A stretch of 64,000 nucleotides of DNA from contig BEHX01000005.1 of NCBI GenBank assembly GCA_002898295.1, positions 11,642 through 75,641 of the forward strand, given 5' to 3'. Positions 9,601 to 18,441 of the stretch are shown piece by piece. A program made the position numbers and the translations under genes. This DNA comes from a bacterium HR21 (GTDB lineage: Bacteria; Bacteroidota; Ignavibacteria; Kapaibacteriales; HRBIN21). The notes beneath the pieces were generated by a model that was not told the origin of the DNA, made no database searches, and saw only the letters and a list, made by a program, of their open reading frames with translations. How positions within the stretch are numbered: the stretch's first letter is position 1; each line of letters starts with the position of its first letter.

Positions 9601-10230
9601 ATGCCGTACCAGTGGACATTCAATCCGCGCCCATACTCCGACGAGGAAGCCCGAGAACTGCTCAAAGACGTCATCTCGCCAGAGACAGCTGACTGGCACT
9701 ACAACACCCATCACAAAGGCTACGTGACAGCGCTCAATCGGATCGAAGAGGAGCTGGAAAAAGCCGATCGCTCCGCTGCCAACGGGAATTGGTCGCACAT
9801 CGGCGAGCTGAAGCGCCGCTTTACGTGGAACCACGCCGGAGCGCTCCTCCACGACATTTACTGGAAAGTGCTCGGCGGCGATGGCGACCCAAGCAAGGGT
9901 CCGGACATCGTTGCTGCTCTCGAGCGTGAGTTCGGCAGCCTCGATGCTTGGAAAGCCGACTTCAAAGCCACGGCGCTCTCGGCGAAACTCTCCGGGTGGG
10001 CACTCTTGGTCTACGACCAGCTCTATAGCGGTCGGCTCCTCAACGTCCTTGTCGACGAGCATCACTACGGCGCTATCTGGGGCGGTATCCCTCTGATTGC
10101 CTGCGACGTCTTCGAGCACGCTTACTATCACAAGGACGGTCCCGCCCGTGCCCGCTACGTTGACAACTTCCTCGCCCATCTCCACTGGGGACGGATCAAC
10201 GAGCTATACCGCACCTACGTCCTGCGCTAA
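9601..10230 (+). CDS. sod: Fe/Mn superoxide dismutase
   Basis: Start at MPYQWTFNPRPY. HYNTHHKGYV, WNHAGALLHD and DVFEHAYY are metal-ligand motifs of Fe/Mn SOD. The upstream extension from 9493 is rejected because it overlaps sufA. Confidence 0.9.
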   Translation: MPYQWTFNPRPYSDEEARELLKDVISPETADWHYNTHHKGYVTALNRIEEELEKADRSAANGNWSHIGELKRRFTWNHAGALLHDIYWKVLGGDGDPSKGPDIVAALEREFGSLDAWKADFKATALSAKLSGWALLVYDQLYSGRLLNVLVDEHHYGAIWGGIPLIACDVFEHAYYHKDGPARARYVDNFLAHLHWGRINELYRTYVLR

Positions 10231-10256
10231 CCGTAGGGACTCTGTCCCACGGCACC

Positions 10257-10997
10257 ATGCTCGGCTCCCCGACTATCCTGCTGGTGGACGACGAACGGGA
10301 TATCGTCGAACTGCTTGCCCACGCTTTCCGCCAGCAGGGATGGCAGACGCTGGCAGCTTTCTCCGGGGAAGAAGCTCTCGAGCGTGCCTCCACAGAGCGT
10401 CCCGATTTAATCGTGCTCGACATCCTCATGCCCGGGATGGACGGCTTTGAGGTCTACCGCCGATTGCGTCAGATGCCGCAGACAGCCTCCATCCCAGTGC
10501 TGTTCCTCACCGCCCGCTCCGAAGACATCGATCAGATCGTCGGGCTGGAACTCGGAGCAGACGATTACATCGTCAAGCCCATCAGCCCGCGGGTGCTCGT
10601 GGCTCGGATCAATGCTCTCCTGCGGCGACTGCGGGAACGAGCACAGAGTCAGCTCGTGGCAGCCCCAGCTACCCTCCACATTGCCGGTCTGGAACTCCGC
10701 CGGACAAGCTACAGTGCTATCGTGGACGGGCGTGAAGTCTTCTTTGCTCGGAAGGAATTCGAGCTCCTGGCACTGCTGGCAGCAAATCCCGGACGGATCT
10801 TCTCCCGACAGGAACTCCTGCGCCTCATCTGGGGCGAAACTCAGGTGGTCACTCCCCGGACGGTGGATGTGCACGTTGCGAAGATCCGCGCCAAGCTCCG
10901 CCGCTTTGCGGAGCTTATCGAGACGGTCAAAAACGTCGGCTACCGCTTCCGTGTCGTGCCCGACACGGTCCAACCGGCGCGCTCTGCCGATGGCTAA
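10257..10997 (+). CDS. OmpR-family response regulator (REC + winged-helix)
   Basis: 246 aa; LLVDDERDI...DLIVLDILMPGMDGFEV (phospho-acceptor Asp), C-term ...VDVHVAKIRAKL...VGYRF. Confidence 0.9.
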   Translation: MLGSPTILLVDDERDIVELLAHAFRQQGWQTLAAFSGEEALERASTERPDLIVLDILMPGMDGFEVYRRLRQMPQTASIPVLFLTARSEDIDQIVGLELGADDYIVKPISPRVLVARINALLRRLRERAQSQLVAAPATLHIAGLELRRTSYSAIVDGREVFFARKEFELLALLAANPGRIFSRQELLRLIWGETQVVTPRTVDVHVAKIRAKLRRFAELIETVKNVGYRFRVVPDTVQPARSADG

Positions 10998-12639
10998 GCT
11001 CGCTGCTCCCGCTGCGGGGACTCCCGAAACGCCCACCCCTGAGGAGCTCCTCACCTTCCTGACCGACCCGCGCTCGTACCCTCACCGCCCACCACAGGTC
11101 CGTCTGGTGCAAACCCACGCCTCGTACGTGGCGCTCGTTCCCCCGTGGGTGTACAAGGTCAAAAAGCCCGTCTCCCTTGGCTTTCTGGACTACTCTACCC
11201 TGGAGCGGCGGCGGTACTTCATCGAACGGGAATACGTGCTCAACCGTCGCCTGGCACCGGGCATCTACCGGCGTATTCTGCCCATCACTCGCGGGGCAGG
11301 AGGCGCTCTCCGGTTTGGTGGACGCGGGACACCGGTGGAGTATGCGCTCCAGATGCGGTACATCCCCGAGGAATGGGTGCTGCGCTTTCGGCTCCAGCAG
11401 GGACGCCACTCCGTCCGGCGTTCTGATATCCGGCGTATTGTCCGCCATTTGGTCACCCACCTCTACCAAGGGCAGAGCCCGGGTCCAGAGGTCAGTGCCT
11501 GGGGAACCCCAGAGCGACTGCGCATCAGCACTGATGAGAATTTCGAGCAGACCCGCCCTTTCCTTGGGCTGACCATCTCGCCTTTGGCGTACCAGATCAT
11601 CTCCGCCTATACCGAGGCGTTCTACCGGCACGCCGCCGCGCTGCTGGTCCGTCGCGTTGCTGAAAATCGCATTCTGGAGTGCCACGGTGACCTCCACAGC
11701 GAACACATCGCCTACACAGAGCGCCGCATCCTCATCTACGACTGCATCGAATTCAACGAGCGTTTCCGCTGCATTGACGTTGCCAACGACATCGCCTTCC
11801 TCGCAATGGACTTGGACTACTACGGTTACCCTGAGCTCGGGGCAATCGCCGTTGAGACCGCCGCAACCCTGCTGCAGGACCCTGAGCTGCGCTTCCTTGC
11901 GGACTTCTACAAGTGCTACCGTGCCTACGTCCGGGGCAAAGTCGAGAGCATGCGTGCCCGTGCCCCGGGGATCCCTGAAGCGGAACGTACCCAGGCACAG
12001 GAGCGAGCACGCCGGTACTTCCAGCTTGCTCTGCGGTACGCCACCATTGGTTCACAGCCCACTATGCTCATCATCATGGGACCGATCGGCTCGGGCAAGA
12101 CCACCCTTGCCCGGCACCTCGGAGAGGAGCTCGGGTGGCACGTTCTGAGCTCCGACGTCGTGCGGAAAACCCTGGCAGGTCTGCCCCCCTTCGAGCCCAG
12201 CCCGGAATGGCTCCGCCCGTGGCTGTACTCACCGGAGATGACCCGACGCACCTACCGTCAACTCTGGGAAAGCGCCTTGCAGCTCTTGCAGACCCATGCC
12301 GGCGCCATTGTGGACGCAACCTTTGCCCGACGAGACCTGCGGGACTTCTTCCGGCACATGGCCGCACGCGCGAACGCTCGCCTCCTCTTCGTTGAGCTCT
12401 CTGCACCGATGGAAGTCTTGCGGCAGCGGGTTGCGGGACGACGGGGCAAAGCCGTAGACTCCGACGCCGGAATCCGGGAATTCGAACGTCTTGCCCCGCG
12501 CTATGAACCGCCCGAAGAGCTCCCATCTGAACAGCTCCTCACCTGCCAGGCGACGGTACCGAGTGAGGAACTCTGCGCAACCATCCTCTCCGAGCTGAGC
12601 CATCGCCAGCTCCAGGCGCTCACTGCCCTGCTTTCCTAA
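10990..12639 (+). CDS. bifunctional-type protein: APH-like (protein-kinase-fold) phosphotransferase domain + P-loop (AAA_33-like) NTPase domain
   Basis: 549 aa from MAKLAAP. Kinase-fold catalytic motif CHGDLHSEHIAY...IYDCIEFNERF...IDVANDIAFL; C-terminal Walker A LIIMGPIGSGKTTLARHL. The start overlaps the RR stop by 8 nt. The track ORF from 10447 is rejected as a spurious extension through the RR. Confidence 0.75.
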   Translation: MAKLAAPAAGTPETPTPEELLTFLTDPRSYPHRPPQVRLVQTHASYVALVPPWVYKVKKPVSLGFLDYSTLERRRYFIEREYVLNRRLAPGIYRRILPITRGAGGALRFGGRGTPVEYALQMRYIPEEWVLRFRLQQGRHSVRRSDIRRIVRHLVTHLYQGQSPGPEVSAWGTPERLRISTDENFEQTRPFLGLTISPLAYQIISAYTEAFYRHAAALLVRRVAENRILECHGDLHSEHIAYTERRILIYDCIEFNERFRCIDVANDIAFLAMDLDYYGYPELGAIAVETAATLLQDPELRFLADFYKCYRAYVRGKVESMRARAPGIPEAERTQAQERARRYFQLALRYATIGSQPTMLIIMGPIGSGKTTLARHLGEELGWHVLSSDVVRKTLAGLPPFEPSPEWLRPWLYSPEMTRRTYRQLWESALQLLQTHAGAIVDATFARRDLRDFFRHMAARANARLLFVELSAPMEVLRQRVAGRRGKAVDSDAGIREFERLAPRYEPPEELPSEQLLTCQATVPSEELCATILSELSHRQLQALTALLS

Positions 12640-12692
12640 CCCCCTTTCTTCACGCCGTTTCTCGTATTTTTCTCCCGAAACAATGCAAGGAG

Positions 12693-15600
12693 GTGCACAT
12701 GCGTGGTCGCGTGGTCCTGTTGGTGGCGTTTTCCCTCGGTGCCCTGGCGCAGCAGTGGCAGCCTGTCACCACAATTCCGGCACCGTACACCACAAACTAC
12801 TGGCTCGATGTCTTCTTCCTGCCCTCTGATCCTCGCTACGGCTGGATTTGTGGCTTCAACGGGATGGTCATCCGCACTACCGACGGCGGGCGTACATGGC
12901 AAGGGACGCAAATTCCGGGTGCCTACCAGTTGGAGAGCATCCACTTCGTGAATCCCTTGGTCGGGTACACCTCCGGACCCGATGGCATCTGGCGCAGCAC
13001 TGACGGTGGGGCGACTTGGACGGAAATCACCCCCGACAGTGCCCTTGCCCTGTGGGGCTGCTACTTCCTGAGCCCAACCGTGGGCGTTGTGCTCGGCGGT
13101 GGCTGTGGTAGCACTCCACAGCGTTTCTTCCGTACCACCGATGGTGGTGCCAGTTGGAGCTTCTTCACTGGCAATGAACCCAACAGTGGCTTGACCGACG
13201 CCATCCTCTATCCTGATGGAACCGGCTTTGCCGTCAGCAGCGGACGCCTCTGGCGCACAACCGACAGCGGGCAGACCTGGAGCGTTTTTGCCACGACAGG
13301 GTCAAACGTGTGGCAGGAAGAGATTACCCGCTTTGGCAACTCTTTCCTCTTGCCCTTTGCCGGGACAAGCTGCAGCGGACAGGGGAATACCGGCGGGATG
13401 CGCTTCTCCACCGACGGCGGGGGAACCTGGCGCGAGTTCGTTACCGGACGCCCGATGTTCGGGGCCTTCCTGCTATCGCCTACCACAGGCTGGGCATGCG
13501 GCTACAACGGTGCTGTCTACTTCACCTCCGACGGTGGACAGACATGGCAGCTGCGCAATTGTGGCATTGATACCACGCTCCATCTGGACGACATCTGGTT
13601 TGTCCACGACACCCTCGGCTGGGTTGTCGGTCAGGGTGTCTGGCGATACGGACCGGCAGATCGCCGCTTCGAGCGTGATACGCTCCTTTTCCCCGAAGTC
13701 TGCATTCCGGGTAGTGTGGACATCACCGTGCGACTGCAGAACCGCTCGGTCGCTCCGAGCCAAGTGACGCTGAGCATTGCTGGACCCGATGCCGCAGCGT
13801 TCCGCTTGGTGAGCTTTCCTCTCACTGCGATCTTGCAGCCCTGTTCCTGGACTCCGCTGACGGTGCGCTTCGAGCCGAGCCGCACAGGGTCCCATCGAGC
13901 GCAGCTGATAGCACGCTTCGCCGATGGCATGGTGCGCCGTGTGGAACTGGTCGGGACAGCACGGAACAAAGACGGCTTCCCCGAACGCGACACCCTGCTC
14001 ATGCTCTCTGTGCCATGCGGTGTACGGACCTTGGCACAGCTGACGTGGTACAGTCGCGACAGTGCCGTCATCACTCGCATTGACTGGGCTGGGGGAAGTG
14101 CGGCAATCCGTCCGGAAAGCCCCCTGCCGCTTTCTATCCCTCCTCAGGGCACGGCAGTCACCTTCAGCGCTCTGCTTCTCGATACCGGCTGGGTGGAGAG
14201 CCGCTTCCGGGTCTTTCTGGAGCCATGTCGGCGGGAGACCCTCATTGTTGTGCGCGCCTACGGTGTCTCGCCGATTCTCACCGCTCCCGGCAGCCGGACC
14301 TTTTCCCTCCAGTGTCAGATGAGCCGCCTAGACTCGCTGCCGATTGCGAACACGGGCAACGACACCTTGCGCATCAGCCGCGCATGGCTGACAGAGTCCC
14401 CGTCGGGCACGGTCACACTCCTGGGCTGGACCAGTGGGCAGAGCTTCCCCGTCCGCATTGCTCCCGGACGGACTGATACGCTGCTGCTGCTCCTGCAGCC
14501 CCCGACGGAAGGACCGTTTACAGCAACGCTGTGGTTGGAAAACAACGACTCCACGGCTGTCCGCGGGCGCAAAAATCCTTTCCGGATAGAGCTCGCCGGA
14601 GAAGCCCGGCGGAGCCAGCTCACCGCTGAGCTGACAGCGTACGACTTCGGTCGCGTCTGCCTAGGGGTGACTCGCGAACTGCGCCTTCGGCTGGAAAACC
14701 GCGGGACGCTGACGGCATTCCTCACACAGCCGCGCGTATCCCCGCCGTTCGCCGCCGAGCTGGAAGACCGACGCAATCCTCCGCTCGTCCTGGGAGGCGA
14801 CTCCGTCGGGCTCCGCATCCGTTTCACCCCAGTCTGGGAAGGCAGCTTCGTAGATAGCGTCGTGGTGACTGCAGCCCCGTGCGGGGAACGCCTGGTGATC
14901 CTGGTCCGCGGGGAGGGGATTCGTCCTGCGGTGGAAGCTGCCCCACAACGCTTGGTGGCTGTTGTGCGTGCTGGCAGCCGAAAAACGATTCCCATCGTGC
15001 TGACCGCCACCGGCTCCGCCCACGTTCGGCTTGACCGCATCCGGTGGAATCCTCCCGCTCCGCCGTGGGTTACCCTCGTAGAACCTGCGCCCGGCACCTG
15101 GCTCCCGAGCGGTTCCTCTGATACCCTCCTCATCGAGCTTGCCCCAGGGAACGAGCAACGCTATACTGGGACGCTCTGCCTGGAAAGCGACGCCGAGTGC
15201 CCCTTCTCCCTCTGCATCCCTGTTGACTTCCAAGCCATCGCAAGGGTTGATGGCAGCCGAACCTTCTCCCGAGCGTGCACACCGCTGGATACGGTCGTTG
15301 TCTTGACGTGGATAGTTGACCCGAACCCGGACCACACAACTCCTCTGGTGCTAGAATCTGTCTTCCTTGAGCCGCCCACACCTGTCTTTGAGCCTCTGTT
15401 CCCACCGACGCCGTACCGACTCCCGCCGTTGCAGGCACTCCCGGTTCGGGTCCATGTGCGCCAGAGCCAGGAAGGGAGTGTCGAAGCGGTTCTCGTCCTG
15501 CGGTTCGTCGCATCGACGCCCATCCCTGGGTACTTGGATACCATTGAGTACCGCTACCTCCTGCGTTCGGAGTTTGCTCGCTCCACCCTCGAGAGCGTCG

Positions 15601-16892
15601 AGAGCGTTGAGCTCGGGAGCGTCGAGGTCTGCCAGACCGAGCGTGCCTTTGCCATCCCCGTCTCGAACACCGGGACTCTGCCCGACACTGTCATTGCCGA
15701 GCTCGTACCTCCGGCAGCCGGATTCCGACTCCAGACGCCCGCTGTCAGAGTACCGGCAAAGGGCTCGGATTCGGTGCGTCTGCTCCTCATCCCTTCGGAG
15801 CTGCCGGAAGGTCCTACAACGGTTACCGTCCGCCTGCGGACCGCACTCTGCGGACAGCAGCGGGAAGTACAGCTCCGCGTTCTGGGGCTCCATCCTCGGC
15901 TGCTGCTCGAGCCGGCTCCGGTGGATTTCGGCTCGGTCTGGAACGGAGAGACCGCGACGAACGATATTCTGCTGCGCAATCCATCGAGCTTGGACATCCG
16001 GGTGGAGAGCATTCGGATTGAGCCTCCTGTGGCGGGCTTTGCTGTCGAGGGACCGCCGCTCCCGTTCACCCTGCCGGCGGGAGGACAGGTACCTCTGCGC
16101 GTTCGGTTTACGGCAAGCGATTCTGGTGTTTTCCAGGGGACACTCTCCATCGAAGGGCGCTCGCCTCATTGCCTGGTCACGGTTGGGGCAGAGCTTCACG
16201 CACGGGTACCAATGGAGCTTTACCCCTTCCGACTCTGGATTGCGCACCACGTTGCTCGCCCGGGAGATACGGTCCGGATTCCGCTCTGGCTCCAAGGGGC
16301 AAGCCCGCGTGCGGGATTGGAGCAGATCAGCATCGAGCTGCATTTCGACCCCGCGTTGCTCCTGCCGCTGGAGATGCGGGGGACCACTGTCCCGGTACCC
16401 TTTACCTACGATGGGAACGGGCACCTTCGCTGCACCCTCCCTGTGATTCCCAAGCTGGACACGACGCTCCCACAGCTGGTTGGGACATTGGTTGGGGTTG
16501 CGCTCGCATCCCTTCCGTCTGAAACACCGCTCCACTTCGCTGAAGCCCAGCTCGTAGCGCAGAAACACACAGTGCTAGTCACAACCGATGGGCGCCTCAC
16601 GGTGCTCTTCTGTGGCGTGAGCCGTTTCGGAATTCGTCTCGGCAGTTGGGCACGCGTTGATCTTCAGGATGATGGTATCGCCGTCCACGTGAGGAGTCCC
16701 ATCCGGCAACAGTGGACACTCCACCTGCTGACGCTCGAAGGGCGCCAGTGCTGGCAATGGCAGGGCATCCTTGAAGGAGACCATACGCTCGTGCTACCCT
16801 CTTGGAGGCTGGCGGCTGGTCTCTACCTGCTCTCGGTGAGCACGGAACAGGAAGGCGAGCTCATGCGGCTTCTCGTTCCACTGGTGCGATAG
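12693..16892 (+). CDS. large T9SS-secreted surface protein: N-terminal BNR/Asp-box (Ycf48-like) beta-propeller, multiple Ig-like (choice-of-anchor-D/ASH-like) repeats, C-terminal T9SS sorting domain
   Basis: 1399 aa with signal peptide MRGRVVLLVAFSLGALAQQ. Six or more S/TxDGGxTW repeats in the first ~330 aa; repeated ~100-aa modules (DFGSV...ND...L.N.G...L.I.SI...); C-terminal ~80 aa ...LYLLSVSTEQEGELMRLLVPLVR resembles a Por/T9SS CTD. SD AGGAGG lies upstream. Confidence 0.8.
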   Translation: MHMRGRVVLLVAFSLGALAQQWQPVTTIPAPYTTNYWLDVFFLPSDPRYGWICGFNGMVIRTTDGGRTWQGTQIPGAYQLESIHFVNPLVGYTSGPDGIWRSTDGGATWTEITPDSALALWGCYFLSPTVGVVLGGGCGSTPQRFFRTTDGGASWSFFTGNEPNSGLTDAILYPDGTGFAVSSGRLWRTTDSGQTWSVFATTGSNVWQEEITRFGNSFLLPFAGTSCSGQGNTGGMRFSTDGGGTWREFVTGRPMFGAFLLSPTTGWACGYNGAVYFTSDGGQTWQLRNCGIDTTLHLDDIWFVHDTLGWVVGQGVWRYGPADRRFERDTLLFPEVCIPGSVDITVRLQNRSVAPSQVTLSIAGPDAAAFRLVSFPLTAILQPCSWTPLTVRFEPSRTGSHRAQLIARFADGMVRRVELVGTARNKDGFPERDTLLMLSVPCGVRTLAQLTWYSRDSAVITRIDWAGGSAAIRPESPLPLSIPPQGTAVTFSALLLDTGWVESRFRVFLEPCRRETLIVVRAYGVSPILTAPGSRTFSLQCQMSRLDSLPIANTGNDTLRISRAWLTESPSGTVTLLGWTSGQSFPVRIAPGRTDTLLLLLQPPTEGPFTATLWLENNDSTAVRGRKNPFRIELAGEARRSQLTAELTAYDFGRVCLGVTRELRLRLENRGTLTAFLTQPRVSPPFAAELEDRRNPPLVLGGDSVGLRIRFTPVWEGSFVDSVVVTAAPCGERLVILVRGEGIRPAVEAAPQRLVAVVRAGSRKTIPIVLTATGSAHVRLDRIRWNPPAPPWVTLVEPAPGTWLPSGSSDTLLIELAPGNEQRYTGTLCLESDAECPFSLCIPVDFQAIARVDGSRTFSRACTPLDTVVVLTWIVDPNPDHTTPLVLESVFLEPPTPVFEPLFPPTPYRLPPLQALPVRVHVRQSQEGSVEAVLVLRFVASTPIPGYLDTIEYRYLLRSEFARSTLESVESVELGSVEVCQTERAFAIPVSNTGTLPDTVIAELVPPAAGFRLQTPAVRVPAKGSDSVRLLLIPSELPEGPTTVTVRLRTALCGQQREVQLRVLGLHPRLLLEPAPVDFGSVWNGETATNDILLRNPSSLDIRVESIRIEPPVAGFAVEGPPLPFTLPAGGQVPLRVRFTASDSGVFQGTLSIEGRSPHCLVTVGAELHARVPMELYPFRLWIAHHVARPGDTVRIPLWLQGASPRAGLEQISIELHFDPALLLPLEMRGTTVPVPFTYDGNGHLRCTLPVIPKLDTTLPQLVGTLVGVALASLPSETPLHFAEAQLVAQKHTVLVTTDGRLTVLFCGVSRFGIRLGSWARVDLQDDGIAVHVRSPIRQQWTLHLLTLEGRQCWQWQGILEGDHTLVLPSWRLAAGLYLLSVSTEQEGELMRLLVPLVR

Positions 16893-16895
16893 GGT

Positions 16896-17609
16896 ATGGA
16901 GGGAGTCCCTCAGCCATGGTGGAGGGTCTCTGTTGCCGAGGCTCTCCGCCTTCAACGGGAATGGGCGCAGCGTGTTTGCCGGGAGCTGCAGCTGCCTTAC
17001 CCGCCACAGACGGTTGCCGGAGTTGATGCAGCGTACGGTCGGGGCATGGTCTGGGGAACTGCGATTGTGCTGGAGCTACCCAGTCTCCGTGTACGGGACA
17101 TCGCTATCGCCGCCCGGAAGGAGGAATTCCCGTACATTCCAGGTTTGCTGAGCTTCCGCGAAGCTCCGGCAATCCTGCAGGCGTTGGAATCGCTCTCCAC
17201 TGCCCCGGACATTCTCCTCTGCGACGGGCAGGGCATTGCCCATCCCCGGCGGCTTGGGATTGCATCCCACCTCGGAGTTCTGACCGGGCTGCCCAGCATC
17301 GGGTGCGCAAAATCGCTCCTCTGCGGGCGCCTGGAAGGTGAGCTGGCAGCACACGTCGGCAGTACTGCCCCAGTGTGGGATCGGGGAGAAATCATCGCGA
17401 TGGCTCTCCGAACGCGAGCCAATGTCAAACCTGTCTACGTTTCCATTGGGCACCGGGTGGATATGGCGTTCGCCGTCGAGTTTGTCCTGCACTGTTGCCG
17501 AGGATACCGTCTGCCGGAGCCGGTCCGGCTTGCCGATGCCGTCAGCCGGAAAGCCGCGCGGGGCGAGAGCGTCGAACACCTCCTTCTGAAAACCCGCACG
17601 GCTTCATAA
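16896..17609 (+). CDS. nfi: endonuclease V (deoxyinosine 3' endonuclease)
   Basis: 237 aa; GVDAAYGRG...LLCDGQGIAHPRRLGIASHLGV...PVYVSIGHR is the Nfi family pattern. Confidence 0.85.
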   Translation: MEGVPQPWWRVSVAEALRLQREWAQRVCRELQLPYPPQTVAGVDAAYGRGMVWGTAIVLELPSLRVRDIAIAARKEEFPYIPGLLSFREAPAILQALESLSTAPDILLCDGQGIAHPRRLGIASHLGVLTGLPSIGCAKSLLCGRLEGELAAHVGSTAPVWDRGEIIAMALRTRANVKPVYVSIGHRVDMAFAVEFVLHCCRGYRLPEPVRLADAVSRKAARGESVEHLLLKTRTAS

Positions 17610-17643
17610 TTTTGCACGCTGTTGGATGGCTCCGGTTAGGTCA

Positions 17644-17928
17644 ATGCCCCATCATCGCTCTGCAAAGAAGCGGGTTCGGCAATCGGAACGGCGGCGGGCG
17701 TACAACCGCCGGAACAAGCGTCTGCTGAAGGAAGCAATCAAAGCCGTCTACCAGTCGACAACGGTAGAGCAGGCAGAGGAGCTTCTACGCCGAGCTTACA
17801 GTGTCATTGACAAGGTGGCTGCCCGCGGAGTCATCCACGACAACGCCGCTGCGAACAGAAAATCGCGGCTGGCGCACTTCGTCGAAACACTCCGCCAACG
17901 CCTTGCTGCGCAGAGCAGCACGGCATAG
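17644..17928 (+). CDS. rpsT: 30S ribosomal protein S20
   Basis: Start MPHHRSAKKRVRQSERRRAYNRRNK... is the S20 N-terminus; the 17626 ATG is a possible alternative start. Confidence 0.85.
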   Translation: MPHHRSAKKRVRQSERRRAYNRRNKRLLKEAIKAVYQSTTVEQAEELLRRAYSVIDKVAARGVIHDNAAANRKSRLAHFVETLRQRLAAQSSTA

Positions 17929-17929
17929 C

Positions 17930-18003
17930 GCACCCGTAGCTCAATTGGATAGAGCGTCTGGCTACGGACCAGAAGGTTCGGGGTTCGAGTCCCTGCGGGT
18001 GCG
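17930..18003 (+). tRNA. tRNA-Arg (anticodon ACG)
   Basis: Cloverleaf by eye: acceptor GCACCCG/CGGGTGC, D-arm GCTC...GAGC, anticodon stem TCTGG/CCAGA with loop CTACGGA (ACG), T-arm CGGGG-TTCGAGT-CCCTG, discriminator G; no encoded CCA. Confidence 0.85.
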
Positions 18004-18027
18004 CAACTCCGATGACGTAGCCAACCA

Positions 18028-18441
18028 ATGGGACGGTGGGCGCTGGGAGCTGGGAGCTTTCTCTGCTTTGTGACACTGGCATTTGCTGCCACGGTTGTGA
18101 TCGATAGCTTTACCGCCCGCCCGCAGCGTTCGAGTATTCTCCTGGAATGGCGCGTCAGCCGGGAAGAAGGCGTTGCCCGTTACGAAGTGCAGCGTTCCAG
18201 CTCGAGCCTGCCGGAATTCCGGACTCTGGCGTCTGTCGAACCGCAGGGAGCACCGGCAACGTACACGTACGAAGACCGCGATGTCCTGCGTCCCGCCACG
18301 CCAGAACAGAGCCTCTACACGTACCGCATCAAAATCGTGGGCAAAGACGGGAGCACGTCGTATAGCGCCACCGTCACCGTTGCCTACAACGTCAGTGCTG
18401 TTCGCCGCACGTGGGGCATGATCAAGGAAATGTTCCGCTGA
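18028..18441 (+). CDS. hypothetical small secreted protein (signal peptide + single beta-sandwich/FN3-like domain)
   Basis: 137 aa; hydrophobic N-term GAGSFLCFVTLAFAATVV. The stop overlaps the next ATG (TGATG). Confidence 0.5.
   Translation: MGRWALGAGSFLCFVTLAFAATVVIDSFTARPQRSSILLEWRVSREEGVARYEVQRSSSSLPEFRTLASVEPQGAPATYTYEDRDVLRPATPEQSLYTYRIKIVGKDGSTSYSATVTVAYNVSAVRRTWGMIKEMFR

Noticed and set aside
10447-10989. 5' extension of the kinase/ATPase ORF (track start 10447) overlapping the response regulator
   Set aside because: The extension lies entirely within the RR gene in another frame and translates to Cys/Ser/Arg-rich nonsense. MAKLAAP at 10990, overlapping the RR stop, is the credible start.
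17796-18092. ORFs overlapping tRNA-Arg on both strands (17796..18092-, 17801..18073+, 17831..18082-)
   Set aside because: They span a well-formed tRNA cloverleaf. Their translations include the ESNPRP-type peptides that arise from reading T-arm sequence, so they are non-coding.
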